This document shows, in pieces, positions 62,846-64,000 of a stretch of DNA of 64,000 nucleotides. Made by a program: the position numbers and the translations under genes. The notes below the pieces were generated by a model. It was not told the DNA's origin and did no database searches. It saw only the letters and a program-made list of their open reading frames with translations. This DNA comes from Williopsis jadinii (Eukaryota): assembly GCA_024346625.1 (NCBI GenBank), contig AP024664.1, positions 4,216,001 to 4,280,000 on the forward strand, given 5' to 3'. The first letter of the stretch is position 1; every line of letters begins with the position of its first letter.

Positions 62846-64000
62846 ATGTTTTCTATTGGAAAATACCTATCCCAGGTGAAAGCCGGTAGTAGTCAAGAAA
62901 AAACTCCCACTTCAAAGAGCTTAGTTGTCACTAAAGCTGAAGATGATATACAGGGTGACGATAGTGGCACTGGAAGAGACTACTCAGTGCTCTTGAGGAC
63001 CGGTGAGAATGATAACAGGAGGATCCAAAGCTCTATTGAAGACCTAAAGCCGTTGAGACAAAGACAAAAAAATGTTTCCCTCCGTATGCCTACAGCTGAA
63101 GAGATTCAAGAGTGTACTGAAAGAACTAGAAGAGCGTTACAGTTGGTGTTGGAATCACGGTCTAAGAATCTCGTGCAGAAGAAGAAGGACAAGACCGAAG
63201 CAGAATACATAAGATATACTTCGTCAAATGTCTTGAACGATAGTGCGACGAGTTCAAGAATCATTAAAATCGTTGATAAGCAAGAGGATCCTATGGCTCC
63301 GCCAAAGTTCAAACAGAAGAAGCATATGGCTAGACCTTCTTCGCCTCCAGCACCTGTTCTACACGCACCAATAAGGAAAGCAACTGCAGAGGAGCAGAAG
63401 GCATGGTATATACCACCTGCTATTTCAAATTGGAAGAATCCGAATGGATTTACCATTGCATTGGATAAAAGATTGGCAGTTGATGGTAAGGATCCGAGCA
63501 GGAATGTTAATAGTGAAGCCACTATTAATACCAACACCATCAATTTAGCAGAGGCTTTACACAAGGCAGATCAGGAGGCCAGGGAGGAAATCAGACTGAG
63601 AAACGCTTTGAAGAAACGAATTGCAGAGAAGGAAACGAGGGAAAAGGAGGCCAAATTGAGGGAATTGGCACAAAGGAGTCGTGAATCCAAGTCTAGAAGA
63701 CAAGATGATAGATACGAAGACGATGCAGCCAGGGAAAGAGCATTGGCAAGAGAAGAAAGAATGCGTAAAGCTGAAAGAGAGATTAAAATGTCACGTATGG
63801 GTAAAGAACAGAGGAACAGGGTCATTGCCAAATCACTCGGTGATAGGGACATCAGCGAAAGAACACAGTTGGGATTAGCGAAGTCATCAAATACCAACAG
63901 TGCAGAGATACAATTCGATCAGAGATTATTCACGAATGCTACACAGGTGACGAATAGCGAAGACCAACCATACGATAACCCATTGTTTGTTCAACAGGCA
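62846..64000 (+). CDS. PRP45: Splicing factor Prp45 (SNW/SKIP), runs off the window end
   Basis: Open frame from ATG 62846 encoding DPMAPPKFK, SPPAPVLH, WYIPPAISNWKNPNGFTIALDKRL. Absent from the ORF track because it has no stop in the window. Confidence 0.95.
   Translation, partial: MFSIGKYLSQVKAGSSQEKTPTSKSLVVTKAEDDIQGDDSGTGRDYSVLLRTGENDNRRIQSSIEDLKPLRQRQKNVSLRMPTAEEIQECTERTRRALQLVLESRSKNLVQKKKDKTEAEYIRYTSSNVLNDSATSSRIIKIVDKQEDPMAPPKFKQKKHMARPSSPPAPVLHAPIRKATAEEQKAWYIPPAISNWKNPNGFTIALDKRLAVDGKDPSRNVNSEATINTNTINLAEALHKADQEAREEIRLRNALKKRIAEKETREKEAKLRELAQRSRESKSRRQDDRYEDDAARERALAREERMRKAEREIKMSRMGKEQRNRVIAKSLGDRDISERTQLGLAKSSNTNSAEIQFDQRLFTNATQVTNSEDQPYDNPLFVQQA

Overview
Nuclear chromosome segment of a budding yeast (Saccharomycotina) using the standard code: CTG encodes invariant Leu, e.g. 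in the CK2 motif WGLAEF, so it is not a CUG-Ser species. The gene content suggests a Cyberlindnera/Wickerhamomyces-type yeast (inference). Most of the window is conserved housekeeping genes in blocks syntenic with S. cerevisiae: RLF2-MCM4; CKA1-MEI4-CST6-PRM2-NOT3-SPO73; COQ4-RAV2-SPC19-CAB5-REF2; PMT2 ... LDB19-CCR4-NTG1-NGL1-PRP45. Between PMT2 and TOF1 (about 39.6-50.2 kb) lies an accessory island. It holds an MFS sugar/polyol transporter, a secreted lysyl-oxidase-type copper amine oxidase, several tandem arrays, a cell-wall gene relic and a decayed Fanzor/TnpB-type RNA-guided nuclease gene (about 43.18-43.77 kb) followed by a hairpin-bearing tail where an omega-RNA would lie. Other items not evident from the ORF track: a spliced, compact MEI4; a PRM2 split by one in-frame TGA; a flocculin pseudogene; and two intergenic regions that look like structured non-coding RNAs. 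All identifications are from motif recognition and recalled gene order; no searches were run.
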